Shown piece by piece: positions 56,315-64,000 of a stretch of 64,000 nt of DNA. The notes beneath the pieces were generated by a model, which ran no database searches, was not told the DNA's origin, and worked only from the letters and a program-made list of their open reading frames with translations. The position numbers and the translations under genes are program-made. Origin of the DNA: Patescibacteria group bacterium (lineage in GTDB: Bacteria; Patescibacteriota; Minisyncoccia; Phycocordibacterales; UBA918); NCBI GenBank assembly GCA_040386275.1, contig JAZKFU010000009.1, positions 22,367 to 86,366 of the forward strand, given 5' to 3'. The first letter of the stretch is position 1, and each line of letters begins with the position of its first letter.

Positions 56315-56419
56315 ATGTTTAACAAGTCGTTCTATCAATTCCTGTTTAGCTTTATTGCGGTGATTGCGGGTGTGTTATTATTTATATTAATTGTCGGCAT
56401 GGGGGCGACAGGTACTTAA
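56315..56419 (+). CDS. possible 34-aa single-TM micro-protein (MFNKSFYQFLFSFIAVIAGVLLFILIVGMGATGT)
   Basis: The stop is 2 nt before the next gene's ATG; hand-translated; not in the ORF track. Confidence 0.2.
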   Translation: MFNKSFYQFLFSFIAVIAGVLLFILIVGMGATGT

Positions 56420-56421
56420 TT

Positions 56422-56904
56422 ATGATTCGTATCACCGATCAATACTTTTGGAATTTTGTCTTTGGCTTATTCTTTTTACTCCTGGTTGTAATGGGGGCTA
56501 TCATTCTCGAAACCGAAACCCGTATTCCGTTTACTGACCTCACACTCGTGGACTACACCTTAATTACACTTGCTACCTGGCGGGTCATTCGTTTGTTTGT
56601 CTATGACGCTATTACCAAATTCATCCGTGAGCAATTTTATGATGTGCAGAAAGTAGGGAAGAGCTTTCGTTTGGTAAAGCCGGCAACGGGACCACGTCGT
56701 ACCGTAGCTGACTTATTATCGTGTGCCTGGTGTTTTGGTGTGTGGTCTGCTGCTTCCGTTACATTCTTTTACTTACTATTTCCCATCTTTCAGTACTTTG
56801 CTATTTTCCTCGCCATTTCTGCAGTTGCTACGTTCCTACAAATCCTCACAAACATGATTGGCTGGCAAGCTGAGAAGTTGAAAAATGAAGTTGAGGGGAG
56901 TTAA
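56422..56904 (+). CDS. DUF1360-like membrane protein
   Basis: TM helices with the CAWCFGVW motif. Confidence 0.45.
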   Translation: MIRITDQYFWNFVFGLFFLLLVVMGAIILETETRIPFTDLTLVDYTLITLATWRVIRLFVYDAITKFIREQFYDVQKVGKSFRLVKPATGPRRTVADLLSCAWCFGVWSAASVTFFYLLFPIFQYFAIFLAISAVATFLQILTNMIGWQAEKLKNEVEGS

Positions 56905-56940
56905 AAAAGAAAAGCGAGCATGAAGCTCGCTTTTCTTTTT
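56905..56940. terminator. bidirectional intrinsic terminator (upstream gene and tRNA-Pro)
   Basis: aaagcgagc atgaa gctcgctttt cttttt. Confidence 0.75.
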
Positions 56941-56944
56941 AATG

Positions 56945-57015
56945 TCGGGAAGCCGGGAATCGAACCCGGGCAGTACGCACCCCATGCGCACACACTACCA
57001 CTATGATACATCCCG
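56945..57015 (-). tRNA. tRNA-Pro (anticodon GGG), with non-canonical acceptor and D-arm features
   Basis: Reverse complement CGGGATGTATCATAGTGGTAGTGTGTGCGCATGGGGTGCGTACTGCCCGGGTTCGATTCCCGGCTTCCCGA: T-arm CCGGG-TTCGATT-CCCGG, anticodon loop ATGGGGT, and one T:T mismatch in the acceptor stem. Confidence 0.65.
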
Positions 57016-57098
57016 AATCGCTACTAGTATACCGTATGCTATGATTTTTGGAATAGTGTGGTATAGTTCTGCGGGTTCAGATAGGAAAGGAAGACCTT

Positions 57099-57386
57099 GT
57101 GGATATCAGAGCGCACTTTGAGGCTATCTACGACAAGCAGGAATTCAATCCCGGCAATCTGCTTCAAAATGAAGTGGTGGTGCTGCGGAGCTGCCTGGTC
57201 CTGGATAGTCAGGACTCTTTGGGGGAAGTGATGCAGAAGGAGGCGAACAAGATCTTTGCTGCCGACCCCATGGCCAGTCGTGGCTATCGCCACCGGATCA
57301 GGATATTCGGTATGGAGCTTGACGGCGGCGGGTTCAGCGCGAATCAGAACATGAATATCGCGGTGAAGATGAACCAGACTGCGTAA
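57099..57386 (+). CDS. hypothetical 95-aa protein, GC-rich, GTG start
   Basis: RBS aggaaaggaag; its own terminator (ggggtggcatc...gatgccgcccc ttt) at 57393-57423. Confidence 0.35.
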   Translation: MDIRAHFEAIYDKQEFNPGNLLQNEVVVLRSCLVLDSQDSLGEVMQKEANKIFAADPMASRGYRHRIRIFGMELDGGGFSANQNMNIAVKMNQTA

Positions 57387-57429
57387 ACCAAGGGGTGGCA
57401 TCACATACGATGCCGCCCCTTTACCATTT

Positions 57430-57628
57430 GTATACTCTATAGTATTGTACTGGGCATCAGGCTCAAGACAGCTGGTGGTAGGGGGTCACTCTACCGTAAT
57501 GTATACACAGCCGTGTATATGCCCGCCGAGGTCCAATTTCTTAGATTTTGGGGTCGAAGCCTAGGGTTATAAAAATTAATTTTGTAACCGTGGGCCTGTA
57601 TTTATAAGATCGTAATCACACAAATTTC
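57430..57628 (+). promoter_or_regulatory. structured 5' leader of rplJ (candidate L10-leader autoregulatory RNA)
   Basis: About 200 nt of GC-richer, hairpin-rich non-coding sequence immediately upstream of rplJ; assignment by position only. Confidence 0.3.
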
Positions 57629-58114
57629 GTGGCCATTACAAAAGCAAAGAAGGTAGATATCCTCAGTAAGTTGACTGAAGTAAAAGATACTGCAGACTCA
57701 ATTGTGTTCGTTCACTATAAAGGTCTTTCAGTAGCTGCTACTACAGCAATGCGCAAGGAACTACGAGAAAAAGGCGTCGGCATGTTCGTAGCCAAAAAGA
57801 CTCTTATGGGTCGCGCATTTGATGGAGCATTCACCGGCACTATGCCAACACTCGACGGCGAAATCGCTGTTGCATACAGTGTTGACGCAATGGCGCCAGC
57901 TCAGAATATGAAGGAGTTTTCAACCAAGTTCAAAGACAAGATTACTATTGTTGGCGGTGTCTTCCAAGGTGCCTACAAGAATAAAGAAGAAATGATTGAA
58001 ATTGCTTCGATTCCATCACTTGATGTACTCCGAGGAATGTTTGCTCAACTCATCAACTCACCACGTCAGCGTTTCGCTGTGGTATTGGATGCAGTATCAG
58101 GAACAAAGAGTTAA
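57629..58114 (+). CDS. rplJ: 50S ribosomal protein L10
   Basis: KKVDILSKLTEVKDTADSIVFVHYKGLSVAATTAMRKELREKGVGMFVAKKTLM. Confidence 0.9.
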   Translation: MAITKAKKVDILSKLTEVKDTADSIVFVHYKGLSVAATTAMRKELREKGVGMFVAKKTLMGRAFDGAFTGTMPTLDGEIAVAYSVDAMAPAQNMKEFSTKFKDKITIVGGVFQGAYKNKEEMIEIASIPSLDVLRGMFAQLINSPRQRFAVVLDAVSGTKS

Positions 58115-58139
58115 TTACTAATACATTACACATATACAT

Positions 58140-58502
58140 ATGACTAACGATCAAATTATCGAAGCCGTTGAAAAAATGACTGTTCTTGAACTCAACACTC
58201 TCGTAAAGACAATTGAAGAGAAGTGGGGAGTATCTGCTACAGCAGTAGCAGTAGCTGGTCCAGCTGCAGCAGCTGGTGGAGCTGATGAACAATCAGAATT
58301 CACTGTTGAACTTACAGAAGCTGGTGCGCAAAAAATTGCTGTTATCAAGGTAATCAAGGAAGTACTTGGTCTTGGACTCAAGGAAGCCAAGGACCTCGTT
58401 GACGCTGCGCCTTCAGTTGTAAAGGAAAACATGAAGAAAGAAGATGCTGATGCCCTTAAAGCTAAGCTTGAAGAGGCTGGAGCAAAAATTACATTAAAAT
58501 AA
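58140..58502 (+). CDS. rplL: 50S ribosomal protein L7/L12
   Basis: N-terminal dimerisation helix, an Ala-rich hinge, and the C-terminal domain [26 protein letters not shown]. Confidence 0.95.
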   Translation: MTNDQIIEAVEKMTVLELNTLVKTIEEKWGVSATAVAVAGPAAAAGGADEQSEFTVELTEAGAQKIAVIKVIKEVLGLGLKEAKDLVDAAPSVVKENMKKEDADALKAKLEEAGAKITLK

Positions 58503-58516
58503 TTTTACAGCATAAT

Positions 58517-58545
58517 AAAACACCCCCTGGTTGGGGGTGTTTTAT
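58517..58545 (+). terminator. intrinsic terminator after rplL
   Basis: aaaacaccccc tggtt gggggtgtttt. Confidence 0.8.
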
Positions 58546-58666
58546 TATGTAAAAATTTTTTAATGTAATTTTTGAACCGGAAGCGCGCATCAGACAAAAC
58601 AGTCTGGGTGAGAAGTGACTAAATGTCACTTTGCAAGACCTTTTGATAAATCTTTGATTTACAAAA

Positions 58667-58688
58667 GGTGTACCGCTTCTGTAAGAAG
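58667..58688 (+). promoter_or_regulatory. conserved 22-nt motif ggtgtacCgcttctgtaagaag (copy 2)
   Basis: 21/22 identity with 14996-15017; lies between the rplL terminator and a second terminator at 58813-58843. Confidence 0.5.
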
Positions 58689-58812
58689 ACTGTTTTGTCG
58701 CAAGCGCTGAGGTGGGGTCGAGAGCACTTGGCTGATTTGTGAGCTTGCGAGCAAATCTGCGTAGTGACTCGTGACAAGATTACCCTTAAATAATTTAAAA
58801 CGAAAGTATTTC

Positions 58813-58843
58813 AAAAAACACTCCCACCTGGGAGTGTTTTTTG
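58813..58843 (+). terminator. intrinsic terminator upstream of the surface-protein gene start
   Basis: aaaaaacactccc acct gggagtgttttttg. Confidence 0.75.
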
Positions 58844-58920
58844 TACTTTTAGACTCGTTTACCAGGATTTTGTCCCCAGAGTCTTCTTCGTCGGTATCTA
58901 TAAATGCTACTATTTTAGAT

Positions 58921-61900
58921 ATGACAGAAAAATTAACAGAAATAGTCGCTTTATTACAAATATTACTTTCGCTTGTGATGACGCAAGGTCAGACACTAGC
59001 TACCAATAATAATAACGGTGCTCTTTTAGGATCTACTTCAGTTGTGACTGCGACGACTACTGCGTGGACCCAAATTGCCAAAGAAGGTCAAAGGTTCACT
59101 GTTTCAGGCACACAAACGGTCCGGTATGGATATGGAACGTCATGGGTCCAAAAAACAGTGACTAATTCAGGTACTTGCTCTAATCGTTTTTTTGGAAAGG
59201 ATCCGATTGTAAATCAAGTAAAGGTGTGTCAGGTTTCTTCTACAGTTACCCCGTCAACTCCCACACCAGTAACTATCGCCACTCCGTTTAAGATTGGTGA
59301 CCGGGTGAGTATGACCGCAAACGTTAATGTTCGAACATCAGGTCTAATTTCAGCCACTACACTTATTGGTGTTAATCCACTTGGGAGTGTGGGAACGCTT
59401 ATTGCTGGTCCCACCCGATCTGCTGACGGCCTTGTTTGGTTTAACGTCAACTTCGACGCTGGCTTTGATGGGTGGGTTGGTTCAAATAACTACCGTTTAG
59501 TTACTACCTCGGTCACTCCGTTACCAACCCCAGCACCAACGCCAACCTTCACCACCACCGTCTCTGGTCTCACAGCTACTGCAGCTTTCACGTTAAGTAA
59601 TGGGTGTGAAGGGTACACCATCCTCTGGGGTGACGGTACTCAATCAGCTAAAGCAGCTTCACCATCGGGCAGTTCGTGTACCATGGCGATTGTAAATGTG
59701 TCCCAAGTCCATGCCTATGCTACCGCGGGAACCTATACGGTCACCGTTCAACGGTACAGTAGTGGTACGACTTTAAAAGATACCAGTACCCGAACGGTTA
59801 CTGTTGCTGGCTCAACTCCAGCCCCAACTCCATTGCCCGTAACTATCAACACTCCTTTTAAAATTAATGACCGGGTGAGTATGACCGCAAACGTTAACGT
59901 GCGCTCTACTGGGCTGGTATCTGCAACTACATTACTTGGAGTTAATCCTCTAGGAAGTATGGGAACCCTCGTGGCAGGTCCAACCCAATCTGCTGACGGT
60001 CTCATTTGGTTTAACGTGAATTTTGACACTGGCTTTGATGGTTGGGTGGGAGCAAATAACTACCGTTTAGTTACTACCGTTACTCCATTGCCGTCTCCAA
60101 CACCAACGCCAATTCCTGTACCAGCGCCAACACTTGTTGTGAACGCTAACCCTACGAGCGTTACTACTGGTAACACTGCTGTAATTTCTTGGTCAAGTAC
60201 TAACGCCACCGCGTGTACAGCGAGCGGCGCCTGGAGCGGTTCTCGAGCGGTGACTGGTTCATTCACGACGAGTGCTCTTAATACCACGGGCACCCAAACA
60301 TACTCCATGACCTGTACCGGTTCAGGCGGCAGTGTGACCCGTTCTGGTAGTGTGGCAGTAACCGCGGCGGCAACAGTAACTCCAACCCCAGCTCCAACTA
60401 CGCCAACAGTATTTGGTCCGCGAACCCCAAGTCCACTTTCGGTACGACAAATCCACAGTGGCCACAGCCTCACCGACGGCGGTACGTTCCAAGGTACCTA
60501 CCCGGGGCACTTCCGGAATATGATTAATAGTATCCAAGCCAATAGTGCCAATGTCGCTCAAAGTACCATTCCGGGTTCTCCGCTCCATTGGCGCTGGAAC
60601 AACGTACCGGGCTATGGTCAGCCTGATGCCCGCGGTGATATCGGTAACTATCAGTTACTTGTTATTACCGAAGGCGTGCCATTCATCTTCTCTGCCTCCA
60701 ACCCCGAGTGGACCCTTGAACACCGCACCTGGCTGCGCACCTGGGCCGAACACGCCTGGCGCAACGGTAATGGCGGCGCGGGTGCACCAACCATCTTATA
60801 CGCCACCTGGACCAACATCGATGATGCGGACGGACCGTTCCGCCAAAACCTCGATACCTACCAACCTATCTGGGAGGATATGGCTGACTACGCGTCTGCT
60901 AACCTACCTGCTCAAGCCAAGGTATACATTATTCCGGCGAACCTTTTAATGAAACGCTTCTACGATGACATTCAAGCCGGACGAGTACCGGGTATCAATA
61001 ACATTAGTGGTTTCTTCTCTGATGCCATTCACCCTAATGGCTTAGGAAGTTACGCGGTAGCGCTTCAACACCTTCTCGTGATTCACCACATTGACCCGCG
61101 CGGACTGCGGTCCACTGGTTTTGGCTTAAGTCCTGAACCTTCAGCGGCTCTGGCTAAGTACATTCAAGATACCGTGTGGGATGTGACGACGAAGTATCCA
61201 CGTAGTGGGGTGACGGCGGGGAATACAACCACCTCAACGCAAACCCCAAGTACAGTTCCAACCCCAACCCTGTCTCTGAGTGCTAACCCAACCAGTCTTA
61301 CCGCTGGTAACGCCGCTACACTGAACTGGTCAAGTACCAACGCCACCGCATGTTCTGCTGGTGGTGCATGGAGTGGATCGCGGGCGGTAAACGGTTCATT
61401 TACTACGGGTGCACTTAGTACTGTGGGTACACAAATTTTCAACCTTACGTGTACGGGAAGTGGAGGAAGTGTGAGTCGTTCTGCAAGTGTGGGTGTGACA
61501 GCGTCTACAGTAACCTCTGCGCCTACCGTTACCTCGTGTACGGTACCAACCCTGACCTTTAATCCGGCTGACTTCGACCGCGTGATTGATGGCACAGAAA
61601 TCACCAGTACATTGACCCTGGATGGATCTGCTTGGAATAATACGCTGATTAGAAATTGTCGCGTGCGTAACACCGCTGGGGATGGAATTCTTCTCCGTAA
61701 TGTGAGCAACGTGGTAATTACCGGTTGTACGTTTGAAAATATGGGCGGAAATGCGGCGGTCCGAGGGAGTTCAAGTGGCGGGACGTCAAACGTGACGCTT
61801 TATAGAAATACTGTGAATGGAACTGCTTCAAACGGTTTCCATTTTGCAGAACGAATTGCTTCGGGAGTGGATCACGTAAACTTGCGTATTATTGGCAATA

Positions 61901-62349
61901 CACTCAGTAATACGGGTCGAGCTTCGTCAGATGGTTCAACCCACGCTTTGTATATCCAAGCGCATGATTCTCTGATTACCCATAACACTATTAATGGTTC
62001 GCGCAATGGAAACGGTATCTCCGTTCGCAGTTCAGGGGAAGTGTCGTGTAATACCGTATCAGGCACTTCATCAAATGGTAAGCCAGGTATTCGCTATTAC
62101 TCAGACCATAATACTGGTTTGACCAATACCCTTATTATCAATAGAAATACCGTAAGCGGAGCAACTGAAGGAATAAATATCTATCAACCAGTCGTCAGGT
62201 ATGATGGCCAGACTGGATTAGATCACGTGGTGAAAAACTTTGTGATTACCAACAACGATGTCCGGAATAACACCAATGGTATTGGTATTGCCAGTCAGTA
62301 CAATCAATCACCGTTTACCGTGACGCAGTCAGGAAATATGACTAATTAA
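58921..62349 (+). CDS. large secreted multidomain surface protein (two SH3-like repeats, two Ig/PKD-like repeats, a central hydrolase-like domain, and a C-terminal right-handed parallel beta-helix)
   Basis: Start set at MTEKLTEIVALLQILLSLV after the terminator; internal direct DNA repeats 59281-59507/59851-60077 and 60143-60366/61280-61505; beta-helix repeats NCRVRNTAGDGILLRNVSNVVITGC... Confidence 0.55.
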   Translation: MTEKLTEIVALLQILLSLVMTQGQTLATNNNNGALLGSTSVVTATTTAWTQIAKEGQRFTVSGTQTVRYGYGTSWVQKTVTNSGTCSNRFFGKDPIVNQVKVCQVSSTVTPSTPTPVTIATPFKIGDRVSMTANVNVRTSGLISATTLIGVNPLGSVGTLIAGPTRSADGLVWFNVNFDAGFDGWVGSNNYRLVTTSVTPLPTPAPTPTFTTTVSGLTATAAFTLSNGCEGYTILWGDGTQSAKAASPSGSSCTMAIVNVSQVHAYATAGTYTVTVQRYSSGTTLKDTSTRTVTVAGSTPAPTPLPVTINTPFKINDRVSMTANVNVRSTGLVSATTLLGVNPLGSMGTLVAGPTQSADGLIWFNVNFDTGFDGWVGANNYRLVTTVTPLPSPTPTPIPVPAPTLVVNANPTSVTTGNTAVISWSSTNATACTASGAWSGSRAVTGSFTTSALNTTGTQTYSMTCTGSGGSVTRSGSVAVTAAATVTPTPAPTTPTVFGPRTPSPLSVRQIHSGHSLTDGGTFQGTYPGHFRNMINSIQANSANVAQSTIPGSPLHWRWNNVPGYGQPDARGDIGNYQLLVITEGVPFIFSASNPEWTLEHRTWLRTWAEHAWRNGNGGAGAPTILYATWTNIDDADGPFRQNLDTYQPIWEDMADYASANLPAQAKVYIIPANLLMKRFYDDIQAGRVPGINNISGFFSDAIHPNGLGSYAVALQHLLVIHHIDPRGLRSTGFGLSPEPSAALAKYIQDTVWDVTTKYPRSGVTAGNTTTSTQTPSTVPTPTLSLSANPTSLTAGNAATLNWSSTNATACSAGGAWSGSRAVNGSFTTGALSTVGTQIFNLTCTGSGGSVSRSASVGVTASTVTSAPTVTSCTVPTLTFNPADFDRVIDGTEITSTLTLDGSAWNNTLIRNCRVRNTAGDGILLRNVSNVVITGCTFENMGGNAAVRGSSSGGTSNVTLYRNTVNGTASNGFHFAERIASGVDHVNLRIIGNTLSNTGRASSDGSTHALYIQAHDSLITHNTINGSRNGNGISVRSSGEVSCNTVSGTSSNGKPGIRYYSDHNTGLTNTLIINRNTVSGATEGINIYQPVVRYDGQTGLDHVVKNFVITNNDVRNNTNGIGIASQYNQSPFTVTQSGNMTN

Positions 62350-62372
62350 GTTCAGAAAATTTATATCCAATT

Positions 62373-62399
62373 ACAGCCCTACGTGTAAGGGCTGTTTTT
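62373..62399 (+). terminator. intrinsic terminator
   Basis: acagccct acgtgta agggctgt tttt. Confidence 0.75.
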
Positions 62400-62462
62400 G
62401 TTATTTGACAGGATACAAAACTCGTATTATTGTTCTTGTCCAATCAAAGTAAGGGAGTGAAC

Positions 62463-62708
62463 ATGGCCGAAGTGATCCTACACGCTGAGATGGCGTACAT
62501 CAAATATGCCAAAGATAGGGGAGTGAAAACCCTGGTTGCATGGTTCCGAGCCGAATTGGTCAGTCGAGACGACGCAACGAAAGAACGGTTGGGCGCTCTC
62601 TCTGACTCTCGTCTGGAGGAGCGTGAGCACGAGCACGAGACCGAAGATTTGGCGCAACGATGGCGCGCGGCACGGCTGGCACGGTCGCAGGTTAGTTCGG
62701 TCGCGTAA
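62463..62708 (+). CDS. hypothetical GC-rich small protein
   Basis: ORF followed by a terminator at 62733-62766. Confidence 0.3.
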   Translation: MAEVILHAEMAYIKYAKDRGVKTLVAWFRAELVSRDDATKERLGALSDSRLEEREHEHETEDLAQRWRAARLARSQVSSVA

Positions 62709-62863
62709 GCCGACTATCTTATAAGATGAAACAGGGCCCTCATTTTATTGTGAGGGCTTTTTCTTTTGTGAGGACAAATCTCGTGGGTGGGCATCATGCA
62801 GAGAATACCGTCAAGACTGTGGAGAGCTTCTTTGGTGTTAAAATACTCGTACAAGATTCTGAT

Positions 62864-63499
62864 ATGGCTGATCCACTTTCCATTCTGTTTGGTAGCACTG
62901 CCCGGGTAAAACTCCTTCGGTTTTTTCTATTCAACCCGTCAAAAGAATTTACCTTTGATGAAATAAGTAAACGAGCCCGGTTGGTACGTCGCACAGCCCG
63001 GACTGAAATTTCTGCTCTGGAAAAAGCGGGCGTGATTGTGAAGCGGTCAATGTATGTACTGATTGATGGCAAGAAAAAAAAGATGAAGGTGCTAGGGTTT
63101 GCGTTAAATAAAGATTTCCAAGAACTTCAAGCCCTACAAACATTTTTATTTGAAACGGCCCCGATTGATGGAAAGAATCTCATTACTCACTTACGAAAGG
63201 CTGGGGTCATTGATTTCTTGGTGATTGCGGGCGTCTTTGTGCGGGAGTTTGAGCAGTCGCTTGATGTATTAATTGCTATGAAGAAAATATCTCAAGCTAA
63301 AGTAGAGACCGCCATAAGAGCACTCGAGTCAGAAATTGGGATGGAGATTCGTTTTGCGTTGATGTCTGATGAAGACTTATTGTATCGGGTAGGAATGAAT
63401 GACAAATTGACGCGTGAGCTATTTGATTACAAACACCAGATTTTGGTAGATAAAATCGGCGTGCGAGACGAACTCCATAGAGGATCGTTTAGGAGCTAA
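62864..63499 (+). CDS. hypothetical protein with N-terminal winged-HTH (putative transcriptional regulator)
   Basis: Start set after the terminator hairpin that lies inside the ORF-track N-terminus; GSTARVKLLRFFLFNP..FTFDEISKRARL.RRTARTEISALEKAGVI. Confidence 0.45.
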   Translation: MADPLSILFGSTARVKLLRFFLFNPSKEFTFDEISKRARLVRRTARTEISALEKAGVIVKRSMYVLIDGKKKKMKVLGFALNKDFQELQALQTFLFETAPIDGKNLITHLRKAGVIDFLVIAGVFVREFEQSLDVLIAMKKISQAKVETAIRALESEIGMEIRFALMSDEDLLYRVGMNDKLTRELFDYKHQILVDKIGVRDELHRGSFRS

Positions 63500-63538
63500 C
63501 AAAAAACCACCGCACGAAGACCGGAGTCTTGTGGGTGG

Positions 63539-63572
63539 GGAGGAGGTGCCGTGGAAACGGCACCTCCTTTGT
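63539..63572. terminator. bidirectional GC-rich terminator between convergent genes
   Basis: ggaggtgccg tggaaa cggcacctcc tttgtgttt. Confidence 0.75.
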
Positions 63573-63574
63573 GT

Positions 63575-63985
63575 TTATTTAGACCAACCTAACGGGTGGG
63601 CCATACACGGAACCGTGTTGGGGGTTCCAGGTTCAGCTAGTTTGCTGATGGCCCAGGTGTACCCTTTTTCATCGCGGCCAGCAAAGGCAGGGGAGCCTGT
63701 CATTTCTTGGTGGTGAGCAGCTGTCCAGATAAAGTCGAGCAACCCTCCCTTGAAGGTGTTTTCGGGGCTCCAGACCATCGGCGGTTCATTGCGAAACTGA
63801 ATGGTCATAGTGTCGTGCGGCGCACTCCACTTTCCATCGACCAGCTCTGGCCCCGACAGAGTGAATTTCTCAGAAATCTCGAGCTGCAGGTCATCTACCG
63901 CCCACTGCAGACAGAACATATTGTCCTGAGCCTGGGCTATGTTTGCGCCAGCAAGTAGCGTGACGACGGCTAGAGTGCGAAGCAT
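63575..63985 (-). CDS. hypothetical secreted protein (signal peptide), GC-rich (about 58%)
   Basis: Start set at ATG (MLRTLAVVTLLAGANIAQAQ) with an aaagga RBS; the ORF-track extension to the window edge begins on a TTG. Confidence 0.45.
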   Translation of the reverse strand: MLRTLAVVTLLAGANIAQAQDNMFCLQWAVDDLQLEISEKFTLSGPELVDGKWSAPHDTMTIQFRNEPPMVWSPENTFKGGLLDFIWTAAHHQEMTGSPAFAGRDEKGYTWAISKLAEPGTPNTVPCMAHPLGWSK

Positions 63986-64000
63986 TTCAAATCCTTTCAA

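Noticed and set aside
57039-57404. Minus-strand 121-aa ORF antisense to the 57099..57386 ORF
   Set aside because: No RBS, and its start lies inside the terminator hairpin. The plus-strand ORF has an RBS and its own terminator, so only that one is reported, and with low confidence.
58771-58920. N-terminal extension of the large surface-protein ORF
   Set aside because: It contains a strong intrinsic terminator (58813-58843). The start is moved to MTEKLTEIVALL at 58921.
62726-62863. N-terminal extension of the 62864 wHTH gene
   Set aside because: It contains the terminator hairpin 62733-62766 of the upstream gene.
1-64000. CRISPR arrays, rRNA genes, IS elements, transposases, integrases and prophage genes
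   Set aside because: I scanned for regularly spaced direct repeats, rRNA-like conserved blocks, DDE or tyrosine-recombinase motifs and found none. The only repeats are the structured intergenic families A and B and the intragenic domain duplications.

Overview
This 64 kb window is a low-GC (about 43%) stretch of a small-genome bacterium, densely packed with housekeeping genes. Several features suggest a CPR/Parcubacteria-like lineage: a eukaryote-type (type 2) IleRS, rplK not followed by rplA with rplJ-rplL at a distant locus, and many acidic surface proteins. That taxonomic placement is inference.

Genes I can support from the sequence:
- HtrA protease, MscL, and a class I ribonucleotide reductase in which the ATP-cone sits on the small subunit NrdB and the large subunit NrdA has none.
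- secE-nusG, rplK, rplJ-rplL, and rpsF-ssb-rpsR.
- A compact thymidylate-synthesis cluster (folA, dCMP deaminase, ThyA-like, dut, tmk-like, glyA) interrupted by two HIT-like genes and an RfaE-like nucleotidyltransferase.
- argS, ileS, glyQS, metG, tatD, recO-like, recA, ftsK, efp, an ECF sigma factor, and several large surface proteins.
- tRNA-His(GTG) and tRNA-Pro(GGG).

I found no rRNA, no CRISPR array, and no transposase or integrase.

The observations I would look at first:
- IleRS carries a roughly 187-aa histidine-phosphatase (PGM-like) domain inserted into its catalytic core.
- Two families of structured intergenic repeats are present, one showing compensatory stem mutations.
- A hicAB-like toxin-antitoxin pair with a palindromic operator is inserted between nusG and rplK.
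- A GC-richer four-gene island of unknown function sits after rplK and carries its own shared upstream motif.
- A 22-nt motif is shared between the rplK and rplL downstream regions.
- A highly structured element of about 194 nt, closed by a 14-bp terminal inverted repeat, lies next to tRNA-His.
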